NCBI GenBank assembly: GCA_037447605.1
Contig: CM074809.1
Location: 3,772,689-3,836,688 of the forward strand
Origin: Zygnema circumcarinatum SAG 698-1b
Lineage: Eukaryota; Plantae; Zygnematophyceae
Length of the DNA: 64,000 bases
Reading direction: 5' to 3'
The notes beneath the pieces are model-generated. The model was not told where the DNA came from and searched no databases. It was given only the letters and a program-made list of their open reading frames with translations. Positions 48,440-60,728 of the stretch are shown piece by piece. Both the position numbers and the translations under genes were made by a program. Each line of letters starts with the position of its first letter. Position 1 is the stretch's first letter.

Positions 48440-51400
48440 CTAAAGGCGAAGGAAGGTGACGGGAATGTCTGCCGCGAGGGCGATCTTGTCAACTGTGGCG
48501 GGGGCACTCAGAGGCACCCACCGGCCGTCGTTTCGGTCTGAACGGCCTGCCTGAACTGCCTGCCTTACTGCCAGCAGTGCACTGAAAAAGGAGTGCCCCA
48601 CATCCCCGAATGTTCATGTTAGAGAAGGGAGAGGGCACAACGGGAGGGAGGGAGGGTTGGGGTCTCGACATTGCAAATACAACTGCTGTAATTGGCTTTA
48701 AAAGGCGAAGGGCCGCCTGACAGGGGGAGGCAATAGTCTACAAGTGATCGAGGGAATTTTTCTGCTCAACGGATTGCAGATAGCATCAAAAGGTAGAAGG
48801 CAGACATTTGCGAACAGTTTCTGCTTCACTTACCTGGTAGCCATGGCGTAGGGAGGCTCTCCCGAGGCCTGCAGTCCATCAAAAGACATTGAACGTGAGT
48901 GAAAGGCTGGACATGTGGATCGTCATAAAAGAGCATCTTTTAACTGTCAAAGGTCGTCAAAGACATTCTTCCGCTCTAACCCTATCATTAACTTTAAACA
49001 TAAGTCATTAGGAAAGTTAAGAAGCTAAGTCGTTAGGGCCATCACCTCCTCCCCCCCAACCCACGTTTGATGACCTTCCTTTGCAGACTATTTCTATTTT
49101 CTGCATCATTAGCAATATGAGAAATACGAGATTTAAATGCCAACCTAAGCAGTACCTTAGAACGCAGAAACCCAGATGGGTTGCCACTGTTCTGAAGCAG
49201 CGCTGTACGGAAGTCATGCGGAATATCCTTATGGCATGGAGGTTTGTACTCCCACGTGCCATCAGACAGGAGCTGCAGCAACGACATTTCATTACCACAT
49301 AGTCAATGACATGCAATTGCTTATATAGAATCAAAAGGACAGATTTGAACCGCATGCCCGGTGTATCCCAATTTTGCAGCAACAATCACTTACTCATAAT
49401 GGGTTCAAATCGAAGGTTTGATTCACAGAACTCTCACTCTTTCGACAAAATTCCAGCCCATTTTCTATTGAAGATCATCAAATTCTCCAGCAAAATAACC
49501 TGCCTCAATCCCTCTCTCTCTGTGCTACATTCCAGTAGCAAGCGAGGCATACCTTTCCGTCAAGCGACTCTTGATTGTAGATGTATTCTTCACTGAAATA
49601 GTTACCTATCCCCATCATGAAGGCTCCTTGCATCTGTGGCCTCCACATCAAAATCAAGGAATCAGGTTCCGAGTTCAATCTGCCATATTGAGCAAAAAAG
49701 CGGAGGCAATACCAATCGAGAATAGCGCCCTACAGCTCTTCAGTTACCCGAAATGATAATGTTAGAGAGAAGGTGGCAAAACATACCTGCCCGATGTCGA
49801 TAGCAGGGTTCAGACTTTTGCCACAGTCAAGTAGAAGGTCAGAGCGAAGAATTCGGGTGTCTCCTGCAGTTCTCCCACTTTTGTTTGAGAGACCCAATAC
49901 CTCGAAACAATATAGGCAAACTCCCCATTGAAGTATTCGCAAACATATGGCAAAGTCTTGCAAAATGATCCCATTACTTATCTTTCTATTCCAAAGAACC
50001 TTCGTAGCAATAAGAACGACATGACGCAAAACTGCGTGCAAAAAATTACTTTCTATGTTTCAAATAAGGCCCTCTGCACATACCGGTAAGAGTATCCACC
50101 TCCACTTCTGTCACTCCAGCTCCATATGACATGTACCTGCAGCGGGCATTGCAACCATGAACTATGCATGAAATTAATCCATCCTCATGCTTACGCTCAC
50201 ACATGTCCTTGACAGTACAAAACCAAACATACTCGAGCTTCACAAAATCAATAACCGTCGTGCTACCAAAATTCCAATCGACGAGTAACAGACAGTTCAA
50301 TTTGAGTACCATTTCCCAAACTCAAACCAACCATCCCGTCCCATAACTGCCTAACTGCCTATTGTGGAGACAGAGAGAGAGAGCGAAGAGAGAGAGAGAG
50401 AGAGAGCAGGGAAAAGAAACAGACTCCTGCAGGTGAAAACCTACTGGTAGAGGCCGTATGGGCTCGGATCGGGAAATGCTCGTCCCCTTGCTTGCAGGTC
50501 AACTCCGGTCTCTACCGCCGCCTCTATGAGCTCATCCCAAGAGGGGGCTGCTCCCTTTTGTAAAGTCAGTTGGCGACCAAGGGAGCTCAGACGGTCCACC
50601 AACACTTTGCACGCAGCCTGAAGACATTACATTTCAAACATAGTCAACACATAGACATTCAATAGACAATCGACAAGTAGACATTCAATAGACATTCAGC
50701 AAATGGGGGTTCAATGCAACATTCAACTAATCGACATTCAGTAAACACTGAGCAAACGTTGAATGAACTTGGGCTCCATGCAGGCTGATCGACATCCATC
50801 ACCAATCATTGTTGATGACAGGGTCTTTCAAAATGAGGATGAGGCTAGTTATGACAGAATGAGCCACACAGAGAAACTGAAGGGTCCAAGAATGTAGCAC
50901 AAGAATCCCATATGGCTCATGCACACACAGGCAACATGTGGGAGCATTTCTGTTAAGGGTAGAGCAGCATACTTGCGTTGCCATGGCCGAAAGCTCGGAG
51001 GTGATCGAGCCTCCAGTCGACATGACATTGTTAGCAACATCAGTTGAGACATTCCCAACCTTCACATACTCCATTGGGAGTCCACCTCCTGCCACCTTTC
51101 CAAGCTCCATAGCTGCCACCTGCCCTTCCTCAAACACCCCTTCAAGTCTGAGCATGCACAACAACAAAGCTTGCATCTTTTGTTTGACAAACCATACACC
51201 TTATTATTTAGAAGGAAATGAGATGTTCATTTGGTACAGTACACCAGCTACACACACATCCATTGTCATGTGGCATAAAAAACAGCCACATGTTTAAAAC
51301 TCGTCTTCCCACTATCACCACATATAGAATACCACAGACCACCTTGAGCATTATAACTCACCTGTGCAACCTTCACGTTGAGTCCCTGTCCGACTTCAAC

Positions 51401-54400
51401 ACCTGACTGCAAAATTGAAACACTTCCGTCTGGGTACACGTTGACAAGAGTACAAAACTGAGAAGCTTCCCAGAAAAGGCCAAATCGAAGGGGTACAAGC
51501 GATATCCCCCTCTTCACCCATAGACTACCTTCATTGAAAACTGCAACATCCTTCACACGCTGTGCATAGTCACTGGAATCCTGCAGCCCCCATTCACAGT
51601 CCCAAACATCAAAAAACACTAACGAACTAGGGATTGTGAATTGCTTAATGGCTTGTTATAGCAAAATGTCGTATAGAAAAGGGTGTTGATGGTTAAGGTG
51701 TAAGGGTAGTGAGAGTTACTTTGAGCTGCTGGAAGATGTATCTTGCGTTGAAGTAGTTGAGGATTTGGCCTGTTGGGCTCACACCCCCCTTGTGATACAT
51801 ATTGATCTCTCGGACATGATCGGGTGGAAGTGCCAAACTTGTCGCCACATGCTCCACCAATGTCTCAATCATAAAGACTGCCTCCATGAAAGCTGCATAA
51901 ACCAGTAGACCAATAGAGTTACGAATATTTTACGTTGTGTTATTAACAAAGGTGGGCCTATGTTTGAGTAGCTCGAAGGGAACCCTCAAGTGCTCCGAAC
52001 AAAAAGCGTCGAAAATGGGCAAATTACGGAAGCTGAACACACCAGATCAAGACATAAAGTGGACCCTAGTATAAAATATATGATGATACGAACCCTAATA
52101 TGACTCGAAAAAGCAAAAAAAGCAAGTGAAATTCACGATTTTTCCGAGCTCACCTGGAGCACGCGCGTAAGTGCAGGCAGGAAGGTTTGTTTTGACGCAT
52201 ACAATCTCGACATCCCAATTTGGACAGCTGTAAACATTGTCAAGAAAGGTGAGGAAGGTGTCCGTCGAGGGAGGATCGAGGTCGTAGTGAGCTCCCTGCA
52301 CACTCATATCGACAGACAAGATGAAAATTCTGTGTTTTGCTGAGCATTCGATTGAAACGCAAGTTGGCTCAATCTAATTAAAGATTCACAAGCAGGCCTA
52401 GGTACAATACCCTAAGGAGTCCATTAAGAAATTGCATTATTTGTTGTAGTTGTTGTAGTAGCTGCGTCATTTGAGACGGTAGAACGAGTGAGGAAAGTCA
52501 TACCTGATCGTTCAAAACAGTCATTTTGATAGCGGTGATACGCCCATCTCTTGTTGCAGCAACTTTGTAAGTGCACGAATATGGACTCCGGCCTCCCACA
52601 TTCTGCTCCAACCCCACTCTATCTTACTGAGCTCCACTCACACTTTCCACCCTTTTCATATTCTGAGGAGTAAAAAACAAAAGGTGTCTTCCCTGACAAA
52701 AATCACCTCTCAATTCATATGTACCAGCTTTTAATTGGGAGGCCACGGAGGAGGATATGTGGCCCACAAATTGATGGAAAACATGAGTGAAACTACCTGC
52801 ATGTTTGTGCTAAGGTCTAGCACAAGGCGGACTGGTCGCTTCACTTTATCAGCAGCAATAGCACACGCCATAGCGGTGGGAGTAGCGCGGTTAATTTTTG
52901 AGCCATAGGCTCCTCCAATCCTCTTCACCGTCACCTAAAGAGTCCATACAGAAGAACAGCTGTTTCTGATGGTCCAGATTTATGAAAATGGAAAATCGAA
53001 GAATGGGAAATTTGTGGCTGATATGCTTCATTTGAGGAGAGAGGAATACAAAGAAGAAGGAAATCAGCCGCCCCCCCCGCCCCCCCTTCCCCTTTCCGCT
53101 TTCTTCAATCTCACCTTCACTTTATGCTGCGGGCGATTAAGAGCCGTAGCGACAACTGCCTGAACCTGCAGCCATTCCCCCAAAACACAATGTTTTGCGA
53201 TGTCAAATCTCCATATCACAAGCTCTAAAAAATGTAGAAGAGGAGATCAGTGTTACACAACAACAAGAGATTTGAAGTAAGGACATTGTTGCTGCCATGC
53301 TCCGCAAACACCCACTAGTAGATTTTTCCTCCCCTTTGCAAGTGCGAGCTTTCAAGCTATGAGGATGGAGGGATGCCACGTGGCAGACCTGGGAAGGGTT
53401 TTGAGTGGACGAGTAGACTTGAATGGACTGATCCTCTCCCGGTACACAAATTGCGCGCTGAGTCTCCAAATGGAAGTGATACTGATGTCCAAGCTCCGTC
53501 TGTTCTTTCCGGGAGAGAAAAAGGAGTCAGTAGGGATGTGGGTTGAGAATAAAAGGTTGGAATGTTTCATGTTAGGTTGAAATACTGTTTCCCACTATGG
53601 ACAGTGAACATGGCAAACGTCGTCTCATAGAGTTTCAACTGTCCATTATGTTATTTGACTGTCCCATTATAAGCTACTTTCTATTTTCTGTTCAGTTCTA
53701 CAAGCATTGAGACTGAAAGCGTTGGCATGGAGCTACTGACCGAACCCTCAATAAGAAATTCCGCGTCAGCGAGAGCGTCCTCAGAATTGCCTGCAAATTT
53801 CCCCCATTTACAATATTAAGCGGGGACAGTCAAAAGATAAGAATTGCAATATGAGACTGACAAGAGGGCTTTACTTTCCTGGCTGGTCACTTTTTAGGAC
53901 GTCACGACTGCACCAAGAAAAACAAACAGAAGGAAAAAAAAAAAACACATGAAACATTGTGTTCATTCAATTCGCCCCATCGGCCGATCAAAATGCTGGA
54001 AGTCAGAGTTTGATAGCTCCAAATCGGTAATCCCTTCTTCTCCTTTCTTTCGTCCTGTGTTGTTCTATCTACATACAAAGCTATGTTGAGAGTTACCTTG
54101 TCTCATCACTGCTTTGGAATCCGGAAAGAAGGAGCCTGCAGCTACTGCATCCTTGTAGGTCAGAATTGGCTTCTGGATATCGGAATACTTCACTGCAATC
54201 AGCTTGGCAGCAGACTCCGCCTCTTTCTGATGTGAAGAACCACATCACCCAAACCCGCATCAGGGTTAAAAAGATGCCATTTTCCCAGGTTTTTTCAACA
54301 AGCACTGACCCTAAAAACCCTGAAAACATTATCCAAACTTATGGTTCTACTCTTCCTGTTGGCACTCCCATTCGTGCTAATGAAACAAATGTCCTAATCA

Positions 54401-57400
54401 ACCCAATTTCTCGCTCAGAAAACCCTGATTGGAATCCAAACGTTAACCTTAGAATTAGTGCTTCCGTCGAATTCTGATTCGCTACTTCACATGCATTGAC
54501 AATGCGTAACCTAGGGACAGTCTATTTTTTGCAAGTCAAGAGATTGATTACCCAAAGGCCTCACCTTTGTTTCTGCCACAATGAGCCCAAGGGCTTGCCC
54601 GCAATAAAGTGATCTCTTCGAGGTAAACAACTCCTCGTTCTCACTGCGATTCAGAGATCATCGAAAAGTTGCATTTGCATTAAGTATGCAGCTCATGATC
54701 AACTCTGAACTTATTACGTACTCAAATGAATTGAACGGAATTAAGTTCAAGTTGATTTGAGTTGAACCAACTCTCACCACCCTCTGTATTACCCTCGCCT
54801 ACCATCCCCGCCCCTTCAACTCCCTCTCCTCTACACCCTCACAGCCTCCTCATATCGCCCACAAACGAAATGTGCGATTCATACACTCCGCAAAACTTAC
54901 TTTACCGCCGCAACCTTTATATCTGGCTACTTTAGAAAACCAGCAGAAGGTGCATCCGAAGGTTATTGAAGTCATTAAGACACAGATGCAATTGTCCCAA
55001 AATTGTTTCATACCTTACTAAGTTGCAATAGCCGTCCTTATTGAGAGTTTCAGCCGACAAAAAGGCCTTTACTCCCGCCGCTTCTAGCGCGAGGGATGCA
55101 TCAATAGACTCAATTGCCGCATTGCCATAGCTAGTCATGACTATGACTGCATGCAGCTCATTCGCATAGTCGGAGTCATCCACATACATCGCTTCTCCTG
55201 TAGTCTGATTTGGACAAGGCTCACAGGGGGTGTAAGTTCTGAGAGGATGAAAGCGAAGAGAGTTTTGAAAACCTAACAACCTCTCCAAAAGCACATAATC
55301 AGCCATAGAGCTGTTTCGCACGAAAAAACTTGCCATACAAACGATTTTTGGGGGAGAAGAATGGCATCTTCTGTCACGTAACGGCTTAAAACTGTAGAAA
55401 ATCAAAGACATAAACTTAAGGTTTTTGCAAGTCCTTAGCCAAGACTAGTTCAGTTAATTTTCAGTTATACAGCTTTGTCTCCGTCAAAACTCACCTGAAT
55501 CTCCTCTGAGAGCTTGTGAAGGGGCTTTGTGACGGGATAGAGGCTCGGATCGCCCTGCAACACTCACAAGCTTCTTCATTCAATATCTTTTATAAAGCGG
55601 AGCGGATGACCTTTGCAACGTTTCAATCTTAGCATCATCTTCTGCCTTGTTCAAAACGCGTCTTTTTGGTCCACAGGTGATCGATCACGGTTGACCATTA
55701 AGTAGCTCTCAATGGCCAAATAGACATGAATTTAGGTTAAGGTTAATTCAGGGTAAAGAATATAGACCTCATCAAAACTGAAGCTGCCTGTCGAGATTGG
55801 CCTCTCATACTGCAGTGCTCAACCATCCCCACCCCCCCCCACCCCCCCCCCCACGAAAAAGAAGAATGAGTAAAGCTTCACAGTTCAATAAATTTGCTCT
55901 AATTCAAATTCTCTTCGCAAAATGCCAAACAAACAACTTCAAACCAGCTTTCAATTGAACAAAGATTCAAGAACATCGGCTATTCAGTCTAATTAAGAAC
56001 CCTCGTCATAATGTAAAGCAACACAGCAAAAGGAGGAAAAGAACTCACATCAAGTACAGCAGAATGGAGTTTTCGAGGAAGCTTCTCCAGCGGCCATAGG
56101 CCTAGAAGGGCTTTGTACAGAAATGCAGGGATTAAGTTTGCGCGGTACTTAGTTCGACCAAACTTCGGGTCGGGCTTCAGCTCCTTACATAGCACTGCTA
56201 ATGCTTGTTGGACCACCTACAGAATGGAAGCTAAACATAGCTTAGCCATACAAATTCATGACGGAAAGAAAATTTGATGACCACTCTGCTACGCTTTTGT
56301 CCTTGCAGCTTAAGGAGCTCACCGATGGGTTCATGAACGACTGATTGGCCAGAAATCTCTCAGTAAGGAATGCCCTTTGTGGCTGCTCCTTCACACCTCC
56401 AAAGACAATGGTGGGTGTACCCTTAATAATGCCTAGGGACACAATGCAGGAACACGTAATGCCACGTGTCATTGTGGCCACAGCAAAAGACAAGCATCTT
56501 ACTTTGAGCCAATTCTGCAAAATGAGTAGGGACCATCACTGGGCATTCAAAATTCGACACTTTCGGAAAAGAATGATGTTTGAGAATGAATGCTTATTCT
56601 CACCGGCCTCCACGTCCACGTCGAAACGGAAACCTGCATTAACAAATGCATGTGCATTCACTCGCCGAAGAGCAACTTTCTGTGTAATGAAACGCTCGGA
56701 GGATTTCAACGCCGGAACTTTGATGGCTGTTATGACAAGCCCCGCTCTGCTCATTTCAAAAAACTCCTCCAAATGCACAACCGACTCCTTGCCACCTTCA
56801 AATGCCTGCACCACTGTAAGCTCAACACCGGCTGCCATGAGGATGGTCGACATGTCGGAGACGAATTCGGGGTGGATATGAGTGAGCATTAAGTTGCCGG
56901 ATACAGACCCAACATTGCGAACCTGATGGTTTGCAACCTGGAATCGCAGGTGAAAAGGAAACCACGGTTTAGCATCCACGCATTGCAAAGAGGGGTTGAA
57001 TATTTAAGATTCTGAATAGATGTCTCAGCGCCGAGTTTCCACTCACAAACACGGAAAAGAAACTGGTGATTAACTCTCAGATATGCTGAACTTTAATGAG
57101 ACATGTTTGCCTTCCTTACCCGGTACATGTGCTTCACAAGAGGTTCGTAACTAGGACTGTCCTCTTTGTGAGCTTCAAGCGTTCGCATAAGATCAGCAAT
57201 TGGCACTGCTCCTCCAACCAATACTCCGCTGCCATCGACTTTCACTATTCGAAGTTCAGGAACAAGAGAAATATCTGCCAGAATGGTAGCACGCTCGGGC
57301 TCATAGACGCCACTAGCAGTGTTTCCCACCACCATGCGGACAAACCCAGGGGAAGAGTACATGCGAAGGAGGGAGAGGAGAGTGTCAAGTGAGTGAAGAC

Positions 57401-59136
57401 GGATCCACGAGATTCCATTCTTCGTGGAGGAAAGTTGAAGGGACCTCGGAGAGGGCTTCTGCATCTTCACACATGTTTTCGTTCTACTGCACAGATCCTC
57501 AATTTCAGTAGAGCAGCCCTTTGCGGATGATTGGCAGGAGGAGTTGCAGGCGAACTCCTGGAAAGCGTCTAATATCGGCCGATATCCGGTGCATCTGAGA
57601 GGACGGGGATGGATGAGATGAGAACGTTGAGGAACAGCGATGACAAAATTGATCTCCAGCATTGTCTGATGTCCCAGTTTGCGAAGATGCCAAAAAACGG
57701 CTCTAATTCTGGAGTTTCGGCACTAAAGGAATTGCATTGTCTGAGACAAAAGACAGTTCCAATGAAGATGACAATGAAGGGTCTCTATTGTCTGACTTAC
57801 CGACACAGGTTACCATCAAACTGGTCTTCGACTTCTTGCGCAGTCGGTTGAGGTTTGTCTTGTAGAAGGCCGTACATGCTCATCACCTGCCACATCCACG
57901 CTTCCACACCAACCAGTAGATTAACTTTTTCGGCTATCTTGCTGAGATTGCTTTCAAAGTTAATCAAAACACTAAACGACATGTCAAGGTGCAAAATTTG
58001 CAGATAGTTTTTTAAAAAGTCTATCATAACATCATTGTGCTCTTCTGAATTGTCGTCTGGAGACATGATTCCCAATGCAATAGAAAATAAAATAAATTTG
58101 TGACACGTTTCCAATTTTGCTTTCGGTTTTGTTTTATTTTGCTTTTCTGAGCAACGAAACGCACTGCTCACTGGTGGGACACGAAAAAACGTAGTCGATG
58201 ACTTAGTTAATGGCTTAGTCGATGTTATGCTTCTAAACCACACTTTCGGCTTACCGATACTTACAGTCCGTAACATTGATCAATTTTTTTCCCCAATGCC
58301 TGCCTCTCGTTTTATTCGTTAGCCACTTTACTTATTGAGGAAAAGTTTCATCTACTCAAAAGCTGCTCCGTTGCATATGAAACTTTCAACCCGACCTTAA
58401 ACCGAATTAAAATTCCACAAAAAAACTCCACTTCCCTAGTTTCCACTGCCAGTGTTCGACTTTCAAGTTCCTCTTTGTATAAAATCATCGTCAAAATGTT
58501 GCTTACTACATACATTGCCAGACCATCATAATCACCTCCTTCTATAACATTCAGTACTTGTGAAATTCCCAAACACGGATTCCTTTATAGAACTTATTGA
58601 CAGTAAATTCATGAACGTACAAATCCAGGAGTGCAGAATCCGCACTGGCTTCCGTTATGCTTCACCAGCTTCTTCTGCACTTCATGCAAACCCTTCGTCT
58701 TGGATCCCACTCCCTCCACAGTAGTGATAGCCATGCCATCCACTGCACAGAGAGGCCTCAGACAGGAGTGCACGGGCCTGTGAGAGAGGCCTGGAGGCAG
58801 CTCTCCCACAGCCAGGAACCCGCTCTCCCCTTCATCCATAGGCGCCATGATGACGGTGCAAGCTCCGCAGCCTCCCTGCTGGCAGGATACCTTTGTTCCC
58901 TTAAGGCCTGCAACGGAGCGAATGTAGTGCGAGAGAGACATCTCGGGGTCGGGATTCTCCACCACCTGAAGCTCTCCATTGAGAAGGAACTCCATGGCGG
59001 AGGTGCAGGGCGTACTGAGCTCTTCTGGCGCAAGAGGAAGAGCGCTTCCAAGAGGCGCCATGGCTGCTCGCACTCTCCTCCTGCAAGCCGAGAGCTGCCC
59101 TCCTCCCTCCCTTTGCCAGGGGGCGACTTTTGGCAT
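48440..59136 (-). CDS. Aldehyde oxidase-type molybdo-flavoenzyme (AO/XDH family) with many exons; start at 59136 or 59061
   Basis: 2Fe-2S motifs GTKVSCQQGGCGACTV, SQCGFCTPGF, GNLCRCTGYRPI. FAD domain. Moco domain IGGAYGSKINR, YARAPG, GVEVGQGLNVKVAQ, DCGKSLNPAIDIGQ, TWEYKPP, SKASGEPP, APATVDKI. Confidence 0.92.
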
Positions 59137-59732
59137 GTACTGATTTCTGCACTCTTGTGCAGTACTGAATTCATGTTAAGGAAGACATCCACTGCACCTC
59201 CAAAAGCTGCTAGGGACACATCAGTATTTGAAGCCACGTGGGTACTTTATCCTTTGGTCAGGGATTAGGGGCACCCCCTATGTCGTTCTGAGCACATTCC
59301 TCGGCGACCATCGGCGTCTCAAAGCGCGCCGTTTTGCATGGGCCGGCGATGGCTCCGACGGAGACACCGCCATGCACGCGCGGCCAAAATGGAAAGGGAA
59401 GTTGTCAAACTAACGGTGCATGTTTTGAGATACGATGCAACATGGGTCCACATTGGCTCCACTCATTGTCTTTGGCCATGTGCATTGGCGTCAACATCGT
59501 GAGACCAATACCCAATCACAAAGTGACTTTTGCTGAAGGCTGTGGGTGCAACGCTGTTTCTAGGCCTAACAACAACTAAAATTTTAGAGAAAAATATGGA
59601 AAACAAAACAAATAATTCTGATGGCGTTTCTTTTCTTTCTGATTGGGTTTGTTTCTGACTCAATGTTGCGGACCCTGCGATGGCCCTAGTGTTGGGGGGT
59701 GCCCATACCCACACTCCGTGTCGTTGGTTCTA

Positions 59733-59789
59733 GCCACGTGATCCATTGTCCAATAATCGCTTGCCACGTGTTTAGACGACCCACGTGGC
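59733..59789. promoter_or_regulatory. G-box/ABRE cluster upstream of the aldehyde oxidase
   Basis: GCCACGTG at 59733 and 59763, CACGTGGC at 59782, and another GCCACGTG at 59233. Confidence 0.55.
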
Positions 59790-60728
59790 ACGCGCATACG
59801 CCAAACAATCCACCGATCAACGGGCAAGAGAGTTTTTAATTCCTCCAATCAGGTGCCGCCGTTCCCCAGCAACGGGGCCTGCCATTTCGTACACTCGTAC
59901 GGCCAACACTGCCGTACGATACGAAACTGGATATATCGCCAATACGACGGCGTATCGGTACCGGCCGGCTGACGGCGGACGGCGGACGGCGGACAGCGTG
60001 GGGAGTTACCAGGGAGAAAGGGAAGAGGCGGCTCTAGGGAGAAGCGCACTCGGAGGTCGAACAAGGGCGCCCTCTCCTACCTTTCTTTGTTGACCTCTAT
60101 AAAAACCATGAAGCATCACACTCTTCACCCGACTAGCTATACTCTCAGAATTCCAAAAGAATCCTGAAACCATGCATGCAGCTCATCGTTGACTTCAATC
60201 TCAATCAAAGCGACAACATGTGAGCATTCATTCGGGCAAACTTTGACAACGCTCGGTCAACAAACGAATGCTACTTCAAGGAACCATCTCATGCTTGATG
60301 TACCGTCCGAACCATTCTACTTGCCTACATTCACAATTTTACACCCTCAACCGACACCCCATGATTCTCCCATTCCAAACATACGCTACCCCACCTATCA
60401 CAAACAATGTCGAAAGCATGAATGCATGTTGACCAACACGAGCAGCCCCAACCCTTCCCCTAGCCGCGTCCGCTCACAAACCACAACATCCAACATTGTA
60501 CCATTACCACCTACCCCTCTAGCCCCAACATGCGTCCCCACCCCCCCCACCCCAAACAACACGAGCCCTGAACCCCTCCCTCCCCGGCGCGCCGTCCGTC
60601 AAAACCCTCCGCCCTATTAAAGCGGCGTCGCGTGCCCTAATTCTCTCTCTTTGCGCGGCGCCCTCCCTCACCCGCCTGCCGCCCGCTCTCCGCCCGGCGA
60701 GGCTGCGAGGCTCCGCCAGCCGCCAGCC

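Noticed and set aside
48440-59136. Xanthine dehydrogenase call
   Set aside because: The purine-binding Glu and Arg equivalents are missing.
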